Part shown: piece by piece, positions 32,801 through 44,236 of the stretch
How the letters are laid out: each line of letters begins with the position of its first letter
Position numbering within the stretch: position 1 is the stretch's first letter
From: an uncultured bacterium
GTDB taxonomy: Bacteria; Acidobacteriota; Thermoanaerobaculia; Multivoradales; JAHZIX01
NCBI GenBank assembly: GCA_965368975.1
Contig: CBDUPA010000009.1
Span: 32,001-96,000 of the forward strand
Reading direction: 5' to 3'
DNA length: 64,000 nucleotides
Program-made: the position numbers and the translations under genes
The notes under the pieces: generated by a model
Databases searched by the model: none
What the model was told of the DNA's origin: nothing
Seen by the model: the letters and a program-made list of their open reading frames with translations, nothing else

Positions 32801-33750
32801 GGTAGCAGCTCACGTGGCGGCGGCGGATCGACGCGCTGCTTGTCGGTCAGGATGCGCATGATGCTGCCGGTAAAGGGAATCTGGCCGGTCAACGCTTCGT
32901 AGAGCACCGCACCGACGCTGTACCAGTCCGACGCCTGCGAAATGTTCAACCCCGCGGCTTGCTCCGGTGACATGTAGGCGGGTGTGCCGACGATGTCCTC
33001 TTCGAGGCTCTCGTAGATCCGCTGCGCCATGATCTCGCGCACCAGGCCGAGATCGAGCAGAACGACGCGGCCCTCGTGCGTCGCGAGGACGTTCGAGGGC
33101 TTGATGTCGCAATGCAGCTTGCCGGTATCGTGGAGCGCCGTCAGGCCCTCCGCCAGTTGCCGCAGAGCCGTTCGCAGCATCGCCGGGTCGAACGGCAGGG
33201 CCCGGGGGAGAACAGGGGCGGAATCTCGGGCCGTACCCTCCGGGCTGGCAGCACGGGTCTTGGAACTCTCACCCTCGCTCGCAGCATCGGAGCCCCGTGG
33301 AGCAACCCCGACCGAGGTAGCGTCGCTGGTCGAGGCGGCGTCGTGGGCCAAAGTAAGGCCCTCATCTCGCAGCAGTCCCTGGTCGAGCAGGGTAGGTGCC
33401 TCGTCCGCCAACACGGAGACCAGTGGTTGGTCGTCACGCCGCCGGACCGCTTCGGTGAACGGCAGCCCCTTGACCAACTCCATGGTGAAGAACCAGCGGT
33501 CGCCGTCCGAGAGCAGCTCGTACAACTGCACCAAGTTGCGGTGGTTGACGTCACCCAGCGCGCGGAACTCTTTCTTGAAACGGTAGATCGCGGCCGGATC
33601 GACCTGATTCAGCGTCTTGAGCGCAACGATCGCCTTGCGCTCACGATCGTACGCCTCGTACACCGACCCCGAGGTACCGGAGCCGAGTTTGCGGCGCACG
33701 GAAAAGCGCTCCGTGCCCGCGAAGTCCTGCTGAAAGGGATTGTCGATCAA
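29797..33750 (-). CDS. Hanks-type Ser/Thr kinase / AAA(STAND) ATPase / TPR-like protein
   Basis: LGSGTSG, VALK, HCDIKPSN, LLDLG, GTPAYMSPE; Walker A GSSGMGKS; Walker B LYIDDLQW; GGNPF. Confidence 0.92.
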   Translation of the reverse strand: MIDNPFQQDFAGTERFSVRRKLGSGTSGSVYEAYDRERKAIVALKTLNQVDPAAIYRFKKEFRALGDVNHRNLVQLYELLSDGDRWFFTMELVKGLPFTEAVRRRDDQPLVSVLADEAPTLLDQGLLRDEGLTLAHDAASTSDATSVGVAPRGSDAASEGESSKTRAASPEGTARDSAPVLPRALPFDPAMLRTALRQLAEGLTALHDTGKLHCDIKPSNVLATHEGRVVLLDLGLVREIMAQRIYESLEEDIVGTPAYMSPEQAAGLNISQASDWYSVGAVLYEALTGQIPFTGSIMRILTDKQRVDPPPPRELLPSIPEDLDTLCRALLHRDPEKRPAGKDVLRWLGSEESTASLVRSTSSSVTSAPFVGREDQMEQLMDSFRAARKGRTVAVFVHGSSGMGKSALVRRFLLDVYHQYENQVVVLTGRCYQRESVPYKALDSLVDSLSRYLRKLPEQEVEVLMPYNVLALARLFPVLRRVKAIANAKRRVLEIPDSRELRRRAFAALRELFLRLTDRHPVVLYIDDLQWGDLDSASLLNELLRPPDPPALMLLACFRSEEALTSPLLRRLFSSELTKAAIEVREVVLKELGPEESRRLTLQLLRSDSPAAEALAETIVRESGGNPFLIDTLVRYAQTVSGDEAVSGDVERAVGEATIEKVMLAHLDRLPEEARRLLEVISVIGQPVSLDVAKQAAEVEEVQAALAALRSANLIRLRGSSHKDDQVECYHDRIREIVPKLLEPALLKRYHLRLAQALQAAGNVDPEVLAIHFEEAGQRDRAAEFAAQAADQAAEALAFDRASRLYRIALDLAVDEGEAYRQLQIKLADALANAGRGAEAAQAYLLSAEGGMAADALELRRRAAEQLLISGRIDKGLATIRHVLESIGMKLAETPRQALLSLLRSIAFLKIRGLKFKERDSTQIAAEKLIQIDTCWSVSVGLAIVDTIRGMDYSKRNLLLSLKAGEPYRVARALCIETIASATSGNKGLDRTENLIRLSMRLAQKVNHPHALGLAHMTSGMAAYLEGHWQKAVERLDYGEEILRERCTGVTWELDTTMQFQLRALLLLGEYGEICRRLPSLLKDVQERGDLYAETNLRSRVTWVAWLVNDEPKLAEEEVEQSISRWSQQGFHLQHYWHMTGMVEIAMYSAGGLEAWRRLQELWGGLQESMLLRIQFTRTEASCLRARCALAAAVEAGLDTEQYKQLIKVVQGDLKKIESEKLFWSDPLALLLRAGIRATEGLKEEAEGLLEQAIEGLEKHDMRLYAAAARRRLGQLRGSRGKDLMRQADEWIASQSIKRTDLMANVLAPGGWAAYEL

Positions 33751-33927
33751 CGTTGTGCTCGGCGATCTTTGTTAGACAGCTTGCGCATTCAAGTTCCTCG
33801 TGCAGGCGCTGAGGCGAAAGCTGTTTTGAGCCTGAGGGTAATAACTTTAGATATCAGCTCCGTGCCCCAGTGTCCAGGTGGACGGGCCTACGATGGCCAT
33901 GGACACGTCTCTCGAAGAGTCGGTTCG

Positions 33928-35187
33928 TCAGACAGCGGTCTCTTCTGACCATAGACGTCCGATCTCCAGAACGACCTCCACCGCCTTGTGCAGCTCATAG
34001 TTCGACGTCCACTCCAGGCGTGAGTGAATGTTGTGGGAGCCGCAGAAGATGTTGGGCGTCGGCAAGCCGATGAAGCTGAGCCGCGAACCGTCCGTGCCAC
34101 CGCGCACGGGGGGCGAGACGACCTCCAGCCCTGCCTGCTCCATCGCCCGGCGAGCGACGTCTGTCACCACCGGGTGCTGGTCCAGCACCTCGCGCATGTT
34201 GCGGTAGGTCTCTTTGGCTTCCAGCTCGAAGCGGGATCCCGGCCAGGCTGCCACGGCTTCGGCCGCCAGCCGCTCCAACAGCTGGCGTTGCTCGCCCAGC
34301 TTGGCGCTGTCGAAATCGCGCAGCAGAATGCGCACCGTGACCTTCTCGACCCCACCCTCCACGACATTGGGATGAACGTAGCCCTCGTACCCATCAGTGG
34401 TTTCGGGGGACAGGGAGTCCTTGGGCAGACGACCGAGGAAGTCGGCGAACACGCGCAGCGCATTGACCATGCGCCCCTTGGCGTAGCCCGGATGGGTGTT
34501 GAAGCCATGGAAGGTGATGCGCACCGAGTCAGCGGAGAAGGTTTCCACTTCCAGCTCACCGGCAGCACCGCCATCGACCGTGTAGGCGTAGCGAGCACCA
34601 AAGGCCGGCACGTCGAAGAAATCCGTACCGCGGCCAACCTCTTCGTCAGGGGTGAACGCGAGGCGAACCTTGCCACGCGGTAGCTCCGGATGCGCCATCC
34701 AGTACTCGGCCGCCGCCACCATCACGGCAACACCCGCCTTGTCGTCGGCACCGAGCAGCGTCGAGCCCGAGGCAGTGATCACGTCGTGGCCAAGCACAGC
34801 CTCCAGGTCTGGATTGTCGGCCCGTGTCAACACGGCGTCGGGAGCATCCGGCAGCACCAGATCCTGCCCCTGGTAGTTCGTATGGACAATCGGAACGACA
34901 CCGGCACCGCTCATCTCCGGTGAGGTGTCGACGTGCGAGACGAAGCCGATCACTGGTGCACCTTCGACGGTCGCCGGCACTGTCGCGGTCAGGTACCCGT
35001 GCTCGTCGAGCAACACGTCCTGCAGTCCCAGCTGCCGTAACTCGGCTTCGAGCAGGCGCTGGAGATCCAGTTGTTTCGGGGTACTCGGATAGGTGTCGAC
35101 ACCGTCTTCACTCTGCGTGTCGTAGGTGACGTAGCGCAGAAAGCGTTCAACACAGGTCGTGGGGTACTTGGGCTGGAAACGTGACAT
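33928..35187 (-). CDS. pepT: Peptidase T (M20B tripeptidase)
   Basis: ERFLRYV, SHVDTSP, LLGADDKAG, TPDEEVG, RGGTDGS motifs; start at MSRFQ is inferred. Confidence 0.93.
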   Translation of the reverse strand: MSRFQPKYPTTCVERFLRYVTYDTQSEDGVDTYPSTPKQLDLQRLLEAELRQLGLQDVLLDEHGYLTATVPATVEGAPVIGFVSHVDTSPEMSGAGVVPIVHTNYQGQDLVLPDAPDAVLTRADNPDLEAVLGHDVITASGSTLLGADDKAGVAVMVAAAEYWMAHPELPRGKVRLAFTPDEEVGRGTDFFDVPAFGARYAYTVDGGAAGELEVETFSADSVRITFHGFNTHPGYAKGRMVNALRVFADFLGRLPKDSLSPETTDGYEGYVHPNVVEGGVEKVTVRILLRDFDSAKLGEQRQLLERLAAEAVAAWPGSRFELEAKETYRNMREVLDQHPVVTDVARRAMEQAGLEVVSPPVRGGTDGSRLSFIGLPTPNIFCGSHNIHSRLEWTSNYELHKAVEVVLEIGRLWSEETAV

Positions 35188-35335
35188 CACCGGCAACGCT
35201 AGCACCCCCGGCACACCAGCGCCAACCCCACTGAGAGAACCAACTAGCTCGACCAGGCGCGAGCGCGAAGACGAAAAAGAGCGACGGGAGCACGGCCCCC
35301 GCCGCAAAGGGAGGAAACTGCCGAACTTTCGGTCT

Positions 35336-35722
35336 CTAGCGAGCGCTGTCCGTACTAGCTGTCGAGCCTGCGTCGGCGGCGTCAGCCCTCGCGGTCGCTT
35401 GCCCGGAGCGCACCTTCTCCGTCAGCGTCGTCTGCCCTTGCAGGGCGACATAGGGCTCGATCAACGCGAACGTCTTCTCGCCGATACCACGCACCAGCAT
35501 CAGGTCCTCCACGACCTGGAAGGGGCCGTTCTCGTCGCGGAACTCGACGATGCGGCTTGCGATGGACGGGCCGACTCGGGGCAGCAGTTGTAGCTGTGCG
35601 GGAGTCGCGGTGTTGACGTTCACCACCGCATCGGCAGCGAAAGCGGCCGGCGCGCCGAGGGCGGTGCCCAGCAGCAAGAGCATGGCGGTGAGAACACGCA
35701 TCGGATCAATGATTCGGGTCAT
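35336..35722 (-). CDS. comEA: ComEA-family helix-hairpin-helix DNA-binding protein
   Basis: Signal peptide; VNVNTAT..QLQLLPRVGP..A.RIVEFR..NGPF..VEDL..VRGIG. Confidence 0.9.
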   Translation of the reverse strand: MTRIIDPMRVLTAMLLLLGTALGAPAAFAADAVVNVNTATPAQLQLLPRVGPSIASRIVEFRDENGPFQVVEDLMLVRGIGEKTFALIEPYVALQGQTTLTEKVRSGQATARADAADAGSTASTDSAR

Positions 35723-36142
35723 GGGAATCTCCTCATTCGTTCTTTGTTTCAAGGCGTTTGCTTCGAGTCTTGGCTTTGCTTGCTCCGAGCTCCGTGGTCG
35801 TCGTGGCTACCCTCCTGCTGTCACGCGGTCATTGAAGGTGTTTGGCTTCTGCGATGCGCCCTTCGGCGCGCTTGGCACATACACACTTCAAACCAGCTGC
35901 CAGACTTGGCAAGGAGATATAAACTCTTGTTTCAGAGTGGCTTACAGATATTCCGACGAACACACAGAGAGGCGCCGTGGTCCAGGAATTCTGCTCTGCA
36001 AGGAGCTGGAAGCCGTCGTACGAAGCCTTACGGCATGACAAGATTCTTAGACGGCAGGCAAAATCTTTTGACTGGTACCGACATCCGCGGCTAAGTGCCC
36101 AGCAAGCGCGAACTTAGAGCCCGAATTGAACGGGCAAAAAAC

Positions 36143-36337
36143 TGTGGAAAACGAACATCGGATGCGCACACCTGGAAACATAGATAAATAGCTATATCTG
36201 GCGCTTGACGCGGCCTAACCAACCACGCGGCAGTCACTTAGACCTCTCTTAGTAAGCCTGCACACCTCACAGACAAGAGCTCGAGAAGCCAGCAGCAGCG
36301 GAACCTTCCAGGGCGGTTATCCACAGGATTTCCCACA
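36143..36337. promoter_or_regulatory. DnaA-box cluster with AT-rich patch (candidate oriC or DnaA-binding locus)
   Basis: TTATCCACA 36317-36325; TTTCCCACA 36329-36337; TGTGGAAAA 36143-36151; AT-rich AAACATAGATAAATAGCTATAT near 36176-36197. Confidence 0.45.
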
Positions 36338-36610
36338 GGGCTGTGAGGCACAAACCCCTGATCACGCGAGGAGATCCTCGCCTTCTGGCGGGCCGCACCG
36401 TCGGCAAGCGAAACGGCAACCATCGCAACGACAGCCCAGGAGACGACCCGCGACCGGTGTGGAATCCGAACCCATGTAATCCACTGCTCTCCATGGACCT
36501 TCCGCGGTACGAAGGGGTACCATTCCCCTGGAAGCACGGGATCCGGTGGCGAGTTTCGCGGCTCCCGCCCGGACCACCTGACGAGAACCGTGACCAACCG
36601 AGCCTGCTGA

Positions 36611-38237
<1,627 letters not shown>

Positions 38238-38241
<4 letters not shown>

Positions 38242-39671
38242 CTCTTCGAAGCCTCTGGGGCTTCCTGAGATGCCTGCTTGGTCCGAATGCGATCCGCGCG
38301 GGCGACGCTCAGCTTGAGCAGCGGCGGTGTCATGAGAGTGGTCAGGATGACCATGATGACAACAGCGGAGAGGGTGGTCTGGTTGATCACCGGCTCGCCG
38401 CGCAGCATCAAGCTGGCACCGACACTGGCGAAGATCAGACCGACCTCACCGCGCGGCACCATTCCGATGGCAACCGACAGGCGGTCAATCCAGACATCGC
38501 CCCCGAACACTCCCAGGCCACAGATCATTTTGCCGACCACGGCCGTCACCGAGAGCGCGAGCGCAAAGCCCAGGACTTCGACCTGACCGAAGGTCGACAA
38601 GTCGACGCGCGTGCCCATGAGCACGAAGAAAACCGGCACCAGGAAGCTGTTGATCGGAAGCAGCAGATCCTCGAGCGTGCCATCGTGGTGTAGATCGTCC
38701 GGGTTGTCCACTGGATTGAGCTTGTCCTGAAACCGCACCGGATCCAGGATCAAACCGGCAGCAAAAGCGCCGACGATCGGGGCCAGGTCGAGCAGGCTGG
38801 CGAGGTAGGAGAGCAAGAAGCAGAAGCCGAGCGAGAAGGGCAGCAGGATGCCCTGCATGTTCAGCCGGGTAGCGATGCGAGCGAAGACATCGGGGACCTT
38901 GCCACCGATGATCACGGCACCCGCCAGGAAGGCGATGGCCTTGAAGACGATGAACACGATGCTCAGCGCATGGAGGCTCTCACCGGTGCTCGAAGCCAGG
39001 ATCATGCCCTGGACAATCGCCAGCACGACGAGACCGAGAATGTCATCGAGAACCGCGGCTCCCAGGATGATCCGCGCTTCCTGCGTGTCGACCTTGCGCA
39101 GATCGGCCAGGACACGGGCCGTGATGCCGACGCTGGTTGCGCACAGAGTGGCACCGATGAAGATGTGGACCATGCGGTCCAGGTCCGGCAAGAACAGAGC
39201 CGACAGGCCCCACCCGAGAAAGAAGGGCGCCACGACCCCCAGAACGGCGACGAACAGGCTCGAGCCGCCGACAGAGCGCATCTCGTCCAGATTCGAGTCG
39301 AGGCCGACCTCGAAGAGCAGCAGGATGACCCCGATCTCAGCCAGGATCAGGATGCCCTGATTGGTCATGAGGAAGTCGAGGCCGTGAAAGCCGAACAGCG
39401 CCAGGTTGCCTATCAGAACGCCGAACACCAGCTCACCGAGCACCGAAGGTTGGTGCAGCTTCTGGAAGAGGTAGCCTGCGACCTTGGCGCCGGCAAGCAT
39501 GATGACCAGCGCCAGCAAGACGGGCATGACGGGTCCAGCATGGCCCCCTTCGTGCTCCCCGCCAGGCGCAGCCGCATCGGTGGCCGCGAAGGCGGCGTCG
39601 CCCGAACCCTGCGACCAAGGCAGCACGAACAGGCACATCAAAATCGCGATCAAGAACCAAGCACGACGCAA
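38238..39671 (-). CDS. CPA2-family cation:proton antiporter
   Basis: QPSVLGEL, ATSVGIT, AAVLDD, IVGAFAAG, GMVPRGEVG; TTG start after GGAGGT is inferred. Confidence 0.92.
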
Positions 39672-39788
39672 GTGGACACCTCCCTGGACAAACGGCAGCG
39701 GCGGCCCGCGAGGCGGCCGCGAAGGATCGTATCGTACCACCCAGTTCTGTCCCGTTCAGGGGAACTTCGGGCTCGCGGACCTGGAAGT

Positions 39789-39804
39789 CGGCACGGCTTT
39801 TGCT
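39789..39804 (+). promoter_or_regulatory. sigma54 (-24/-12) promoter of the two-component operon
   Basis: CGGCAC-GGCTT-TTGCT, 29 bp before the histidine kinase start. Confidence 0.65.
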
Positions 39805-39832
39805 GGAATAAAGTCACCATGGAGGAACCATC

Positions 39833-41398
39833 ATGAGTCTTCGTCTTCGTCTCTTCTTGCTCATCGGCGGCCTGATCGCCATGTTGGCTGGGGCTCAGTG
39901 GTGGTGGATGCGCTCGCTGACCCAGGACCTCGGCACCCAGGCCGGCGAGGTGGCCTTCTTGGTCGGAGAGTCGGTGGTCTCAGCCTTCGTCGACGAGAAC
40001 CACCTGGGCTGGCAGACCGCCACCGTGACCAGCTCTGGCCACAGCACCGGCGGAGCAGCGGACTCTGACCAAGAACAACACGAACACCAGGTCTTCGATT
40101 TCCGCTTCGAAGACGGACAGAACACCGACAGCCCTCGGCAGCGGCGGCGGATTCAGCTGGTCACCGAGTCACGAACAGAGCACACGATCGAGCTGCGCGA
40201 GCTGGAGCCCAGTGGTACCCGGGTGACGCGGGAATGGACGGCGTCGGCTCCCCTCGACGCAGAGACAAGGGAAAGACTGCGCCATCAGCACTTCGAGGTG
40301 CGCAGCGACGTGCCGGTCAGCCAGGAAGTCGATCCAGAAGACCCCGGCCGTATCGTCTTGCGCCTGCTGGAGCAGGACGGCCAAGAGAGCGAGTTGCTGC
40401 TCGGCAATTCCCAACTTCTCCACCGGATTCCGATCCCCCGCTCGCCGCTGGTACAGCCGCTGGAGCGTTTCTCCGAGCGCTTCCTACTGGGTAGCGCCGG
40501 CATTCTCCTCCTGGGGCTGCTGCTTGCCGGCCTGCTGGCACACCGAGTGACGGCACCGCTGTACCGCTTGTCACGTGCAGCCCGCGAGGTGGGAGAGGGC
40601 GCCCTCGGAACCCAAGTCGCCGTGCACACCGGCGGCGAAGTGGGCGCGACCCTGACCGCCTTCAACCGCATGTCCCGGCACCTGCAGGACCTGGACGCGG
40701 ACGCTCGGCGGCTGCGCGCCCGCGAACACCTCGGCGAGCTCGGCGAGGTCGCCCGCGGCCTGGCACACAGTCTGCGCAATCCGCTCAACGCCCTGGGACT
40801 TTCCGTGGAAACCCTGACCGCGACCGACGAGGAAAGCGAGCGCTTGCAGCTGGCTGACGCCGCCCGCCGGCAGATCCGCCGCATGGACAGCGCCTTGCGG
40901 TCGTTCCTGGCCCTCGCCAGCGGCGGCGGCGGCGAGCCGGAACCTGTGTCGCTGACCGCGTTGCTGCAGGATGTCGCCCTGGAAGCCTTGCAAGACGCCA
41001 ACGGCGGCCGTGTACGAGTTGACCTCGAGCCCGGCCCCACGCTGCCGCCGCTACGCGCGGTGGCACCAGAACTGAGGGCCGTGCTGCAGGCGCTGGTGAT
41101 CAACGCCGTAGAGGCCAGTCCGGCGGGCGGCTCGGTGACGGTCAAGGCCTCGTCACCCGAGGCGGAGCACTGGCGCGTCGAGATCTTGGACCGTGGCCCC
41201 GGCTTGCCGGCAGCGGTCCGTGAGCGTCTGTTCACACCTCACACTTCGACCAAGCCCCACGGCTCGGGGATGGGACTCTACCTCGCCCAGCGTATCGCCA
41301 GCAATCGCTACGGCGGCGAGCTCCGCTTGCTGGAGCGGGAGGACGGAGGCACCCGCGCGATCCTGGATCTTGCACCCCGCTGCGGAGGCAATGCATGA
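39833..41398 (+). CDS. Membrane sensor histidine kinase (HAMP, HisKA, HATPase)
   Basis: Two TMs; H-box GLAHSLRNPL; INAVEA; DRGPGL; GSGMGL. Confidence 0.92.
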   Translation: MSLRLRLFLLIGGLIAMLAGAQWWWMRSLTQDLGTQAGEVAFLVGESVVSAFVDENHLGWQTATVTSSGHSTGGAADSDQEQHEHQVFDFRFEDGQNTDSPRQRRRIQLVTESRTEHTIELRELEPSGTRVTREWTASAPLDAETRERLRHQHFEVRSDVPVSQEVDPEDPGRIVLRLLEQDGQESELLLGNSQLLHRIPIPRSPLVQPLERFSERFLLGSAGILLLGLLLAGLLAHRVTAPLYRLSRAAREVGEGALGTQVAVHTGGEVGATLTAFNRMSRHLQDLDADARRLRAREHLGELGEVARGLAHSLRNPLNALGLSVETLTATDEESERLQLADAARRQIRRMDSALRSFLALASGGGGEPEPVSLTALLQDVALEALQDANGGRVRVDLEPGPTLPPLRAVAPELRAVLQALVINAVEASPAGGSVTVKASSPEAEHWRVEILDRGPGLPAAVRERLFTPHTSTKPHGSGMGLYLAQRIASNRYGGELRLLEREDGGTRAILDLAPRCGGNA

Positions 41399-42813
41399 AG
41401 GGCGAAGAGCAGCGGAGGCAGCGAGTGAGTGACATCCGCGTTCTGATCGTCGAGGACGAGCCGGATCAGCGGCGACTGCTGGCGGACATCTTGCGCTCGG
41501 AGGGCTACCTGGCGACCGAAGCCGAGGACTGTGCGAGCGCCCGGACTCAGCTGCAAGCCACGGCCGTCGACCTGGTGCTGAGCGACTGGAAGCTACCCGA
41601 TGGAGATGGTATGGAGCTACTGCTGGAAGTCCAGAGCCACTGGCCGCGCACCGCCTTTGTCATGATCACCGCCTACGGCACTATTTCCCGCGCCGTCGAA
41701 GCTGTGCGTCGAGGTGCCGATGACTTCCTGCCCAAGCCCTTCGAGCGACAAGCCTTGCTGCTCGCGCTCGAGCGCACGCTCAAGGCTCGCCGGCTGGAAG
41801 CCGAGAACCGGCGACTGAGCGAAGAGTTGCAGGAGCGCGACCGCCTGGTCGACCTCGTGGGCAGCGCCCCGAGCATGCAGCGGCTGTTCCGGCGCGTCGA
41901 GAAGATCGCTGGCACGCAAGCCACCGTGCTGCTGGCAGGGGAGAGCGGCACCGGCAAGGAACTGGCTGCGCGTGCCCTGCACGCATTGTCGTCGCGCGCC
42001 CGCGGTCCTTTCGTGGCCGTCAACTGCGCGGCCATCCCCGAGGGTCTGATGGAGGCCGAGTTCTTCGGTGCCGAGAAGGGTGCCTTCACCGGCGCCGACC
42101 GAGTGCGGGTGGGCAAGTTCGAGGCGGCCCACCTCGGAACCCTGTTTCTGGACGAGGTTGGCGAGCTACCACTGGAGATTCAGCCCAAGTTGCTGCGCGC
42201 CCTGCAGGAGGGCACCGTGACGCGGGTCGGCGGCAATCGCGAGCTGGCAGTGGACGTGCGGATCCTGGCCGCGACCAATCGCGACCTGGAAGCCGAGGTC
42301 GCCGCGAGTCGCTTCCGCGAGGATCTCTACTACCGCTTGAACGTGGTACCGATCCCCCTGCCACCGCTACGCGATCGTCGCGAGGACATCCCGCGACTGG
42401 TGGAGCACTTCGTGCAACGGGCAGCGCGCCGCCACGGCGTCCAACCGGCCAGGTTCCCTCCGGCTTTGCTACGCCGTCTGATCGACTACACCTGGCCGGG
42501 CAACGTACGCGAGCTGGCCAATGTCGTCGAGCGCCTGCTTCTCCTTGCCGACGACGACCTGGTACAGGCCGAAGACCTACCCCCGTCTTTCGACGGTCCC
42601 AACGGCGGCGGTAGTGCCGAGGACAGCGCCCAGAACGACGGTGGCTTCCGCCTACCTCCCGGAGGCTTGTCCTGGGAGGCGCTGGAATGTAGCTGTCTAC
42701 AGCAGGCCCTCGAACTAGCCGGCGGCAACCGCGCACGCGCAGCCCGCCTGCTGGACCTACCGTACAAGGCGTTCCTGTATCGACTCGAGAAGCACGGTCT
42801 GGCTGCGAGCTGA
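41395..42813 (+). CDS. NtrC/ZraR-family sigma54-dependent response regulator
   Basis: Receiver domain (VEDE, SDWKLP, KP); GESGTGKE; GAFTGA; WPGNVREL; Fis-type HTH. Confidence 0.95.
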   Translation: MKGEEQRRQRVSDIRVLIVEDEPDQRRLLADILRSEGYLATEAEDCASARTQLQATAVDLVLSDWKLPDGDGMELLLEVQSHWPRTAFVMITAYGTISRAVEAVRRGADDFLPKPFERQALLLALERTLKARRLEAENRRLSEELQERDRLVDLVGSAPSMQRLFRRVEKIAGTQATVLLAGESGTGKELAARALHALSSRARGPFVAVNCAAIPEGLMEAEFFGAEKGAFTGADRVRVGKFEAAHLGTLFLDEVGELPLEIQPKLLRALQEGTVTRVGGNRELAVDVRILAATNRDLEAEVAASRFREDLYYRLNVVPIPLPPLRDRREDIPRLVEHFVQRAARRHGVQPARFPPALLRRLIDYTWPGNVRELANVVERLLLLADDDLVQAEDLPPSFDGPNGGGSAEDSAQNDGGFRLPPGGLSWEALECSCLQQALELAGGNRARAARLLDLPYKAFLYRLEKHGLAAS

Positions 42814-42903
42814 GGCAGGCTTCCCCTCCTCATTTCGGCAGCGGTCTTCCCATTTCGGGATGTCTGTGACCTTCTCGACGCGGATTCTCCGGTCCTATGG
42901 GGC

Positions 42904-42919
42904 TGGCACGAGGGTTGCT
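42904..42919 (+). promoter_or_regulatory. sigma54 promoter with candidate upstream activator repeats
   Basis: TGGCAC-GAGGG-TTGCT; CATTTCGG(C/G)A repeated at 42831 and 42851. Confidence 0.8.
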
Positions 42920-42994
42920 GTACAGGAGCGATAGGTCGACATTGATCTTCCCGATCAACCCAAGGCCATCCTGATCAACCCAAGGAGAACTACG

Positions 42995-43987
42995 ATGAAG
43001 CAAATATCCTCCCTCCCTCTGCTGCTGACCGCACTGGCCCTGACGGCCGCTTTGGTGGCGGGCCCGGCAGGTCCCATGGCTGCTGACGAGGCGCACGAAG
43101 GACACCAGGTGAAGCTGAAGGTGATGGCCGGTGACGAACTCGTCACCGTCGACCTCAGTGACCTGGAGCTGGGGCAGAGCAAGCAGATCTCGACCGACTC
43201 CGGCAAGCTCATCACCGCCACACGCGATGACCAGGGCTACGAACTGGACATCGATGGCAAGACGATTCGCATTGGTGGTCACGGTCATGGCGGCGTGCAG
43301 GTGCACTCCGACGACGACCACCAGGTCGTGATCCACGAGCGGCAGGTACACCGTGAAATCCGCGAGATCCGCCTCGACGATGGCGACGTGATCAAGATCG
43401 AAGGCTCCCTGGACCTGGAGGTTGGCGAAACGCGGGAGCTGACCACTCAGAACAGCGCCCCTGCAACGCTGAGCCGTGACGACGAAGGCCTACTACTGAG
43501 TGTCGGCGGTGAAGAGATCCGCCTGCCCAATCACCACGCGATCGCGATGGCCGCCTTCAGCGGTGAGGGCGAGCACGTCATGGAGTGGCACACCGACGGC
43601 GGCTCTACGACGCACGGCTTCCGGCAGGTCATCGTGAACTGCGATGACGGCGACGAGGACTGCGCCGAGCGCATCAAGATCAAGCACTTCGACATCGACA
43701 ACCTGAGCGAGCTGGACCTGGAGAACATCGACCTGGAGAACTTCGACTTCGAAGGCTTTGAGGATCTCGACATCGACCTCGATGGTGACGTCAAGGTCTT
43801 CGTGGTGCGGGGCGACGACGTCCTACACACGGGTGACGGCGAGCACGGCACACGCGTGATGATTCTGCGCACAGACGGAGAGGAACTGCACCTCAGTGGC
43901 GACGGCGACAGCGAACACAAGGTGATAGTGATCGAACTGGACGAAGAGATCGAGATCCACACCGACGACGAGAACGAGCCCCGCTGA
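42995..43987 (+). CDS. Secreted His/Asp/Glu-rich hypothetical protein with an internal duplication
   Basis: AGGAG RBS; signal peptide; two copies of DLE.G....TT/ST......T..RDD.G..L...G..IR; typical GC3 codon usage. Confidence 0.85.
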   Translation: MKQISSLPLLLTALALTAALVAGPAGPMAADEAHEGHQVKLKVMAGDELVTVDLSDLELGQSKQISTDSGKLITATRDDQGYELDIDGKTIRIGGHGHGGVQVHSDDDHQVVIHERQVHREIREIRLDDGDVIKIEGSLDLEVGETRELTTQNSAPATLSRDDEGLLLSVGGEEIRLPNHHAIAMAAFSGEGEHVMEWHTDGGSTTHGFRQVIVNCDDGDEDCAERIKIKHFDIDNLSELDLENIDLENFDFEGFEDLDIDLDGDVKVFVVRGDDVLHTGDGEHGTRVMILRTDGEELHLSGDGDSEHKVIVIELDEEIEIHTDDENEPR

Positions 43988-44236
43988 CCGGCCAAGCAAG
44001 GCCCCGGGAGAGAAATTTCCGGGAATTTCCAGAAAGCTGTCCATCCAATCAGGGGTAGCGGCAACACCATAGTGGGCAGGGCTACAAACACTGCAGTTCG
44101 CGGCCCTGTTGCAAGGTCTTCCGCACTCCTAGAGAAACGGCGTGGCCGAGGTTGGTCGCCACGCCGTATTTTTTTGTCTTCAGCTTTCTGTCTTCAGCTT
44201 CTAGGCCTGTGCTACGATTTGCCCGCCGTGCAGCAC

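Noticed and set aside
36189-36204. NrdR-box-like sequence TAGCTATATCTGGCGC
   Set aside because: Only a partial match, single copy, and no ribonucleotide reductase gene nearby
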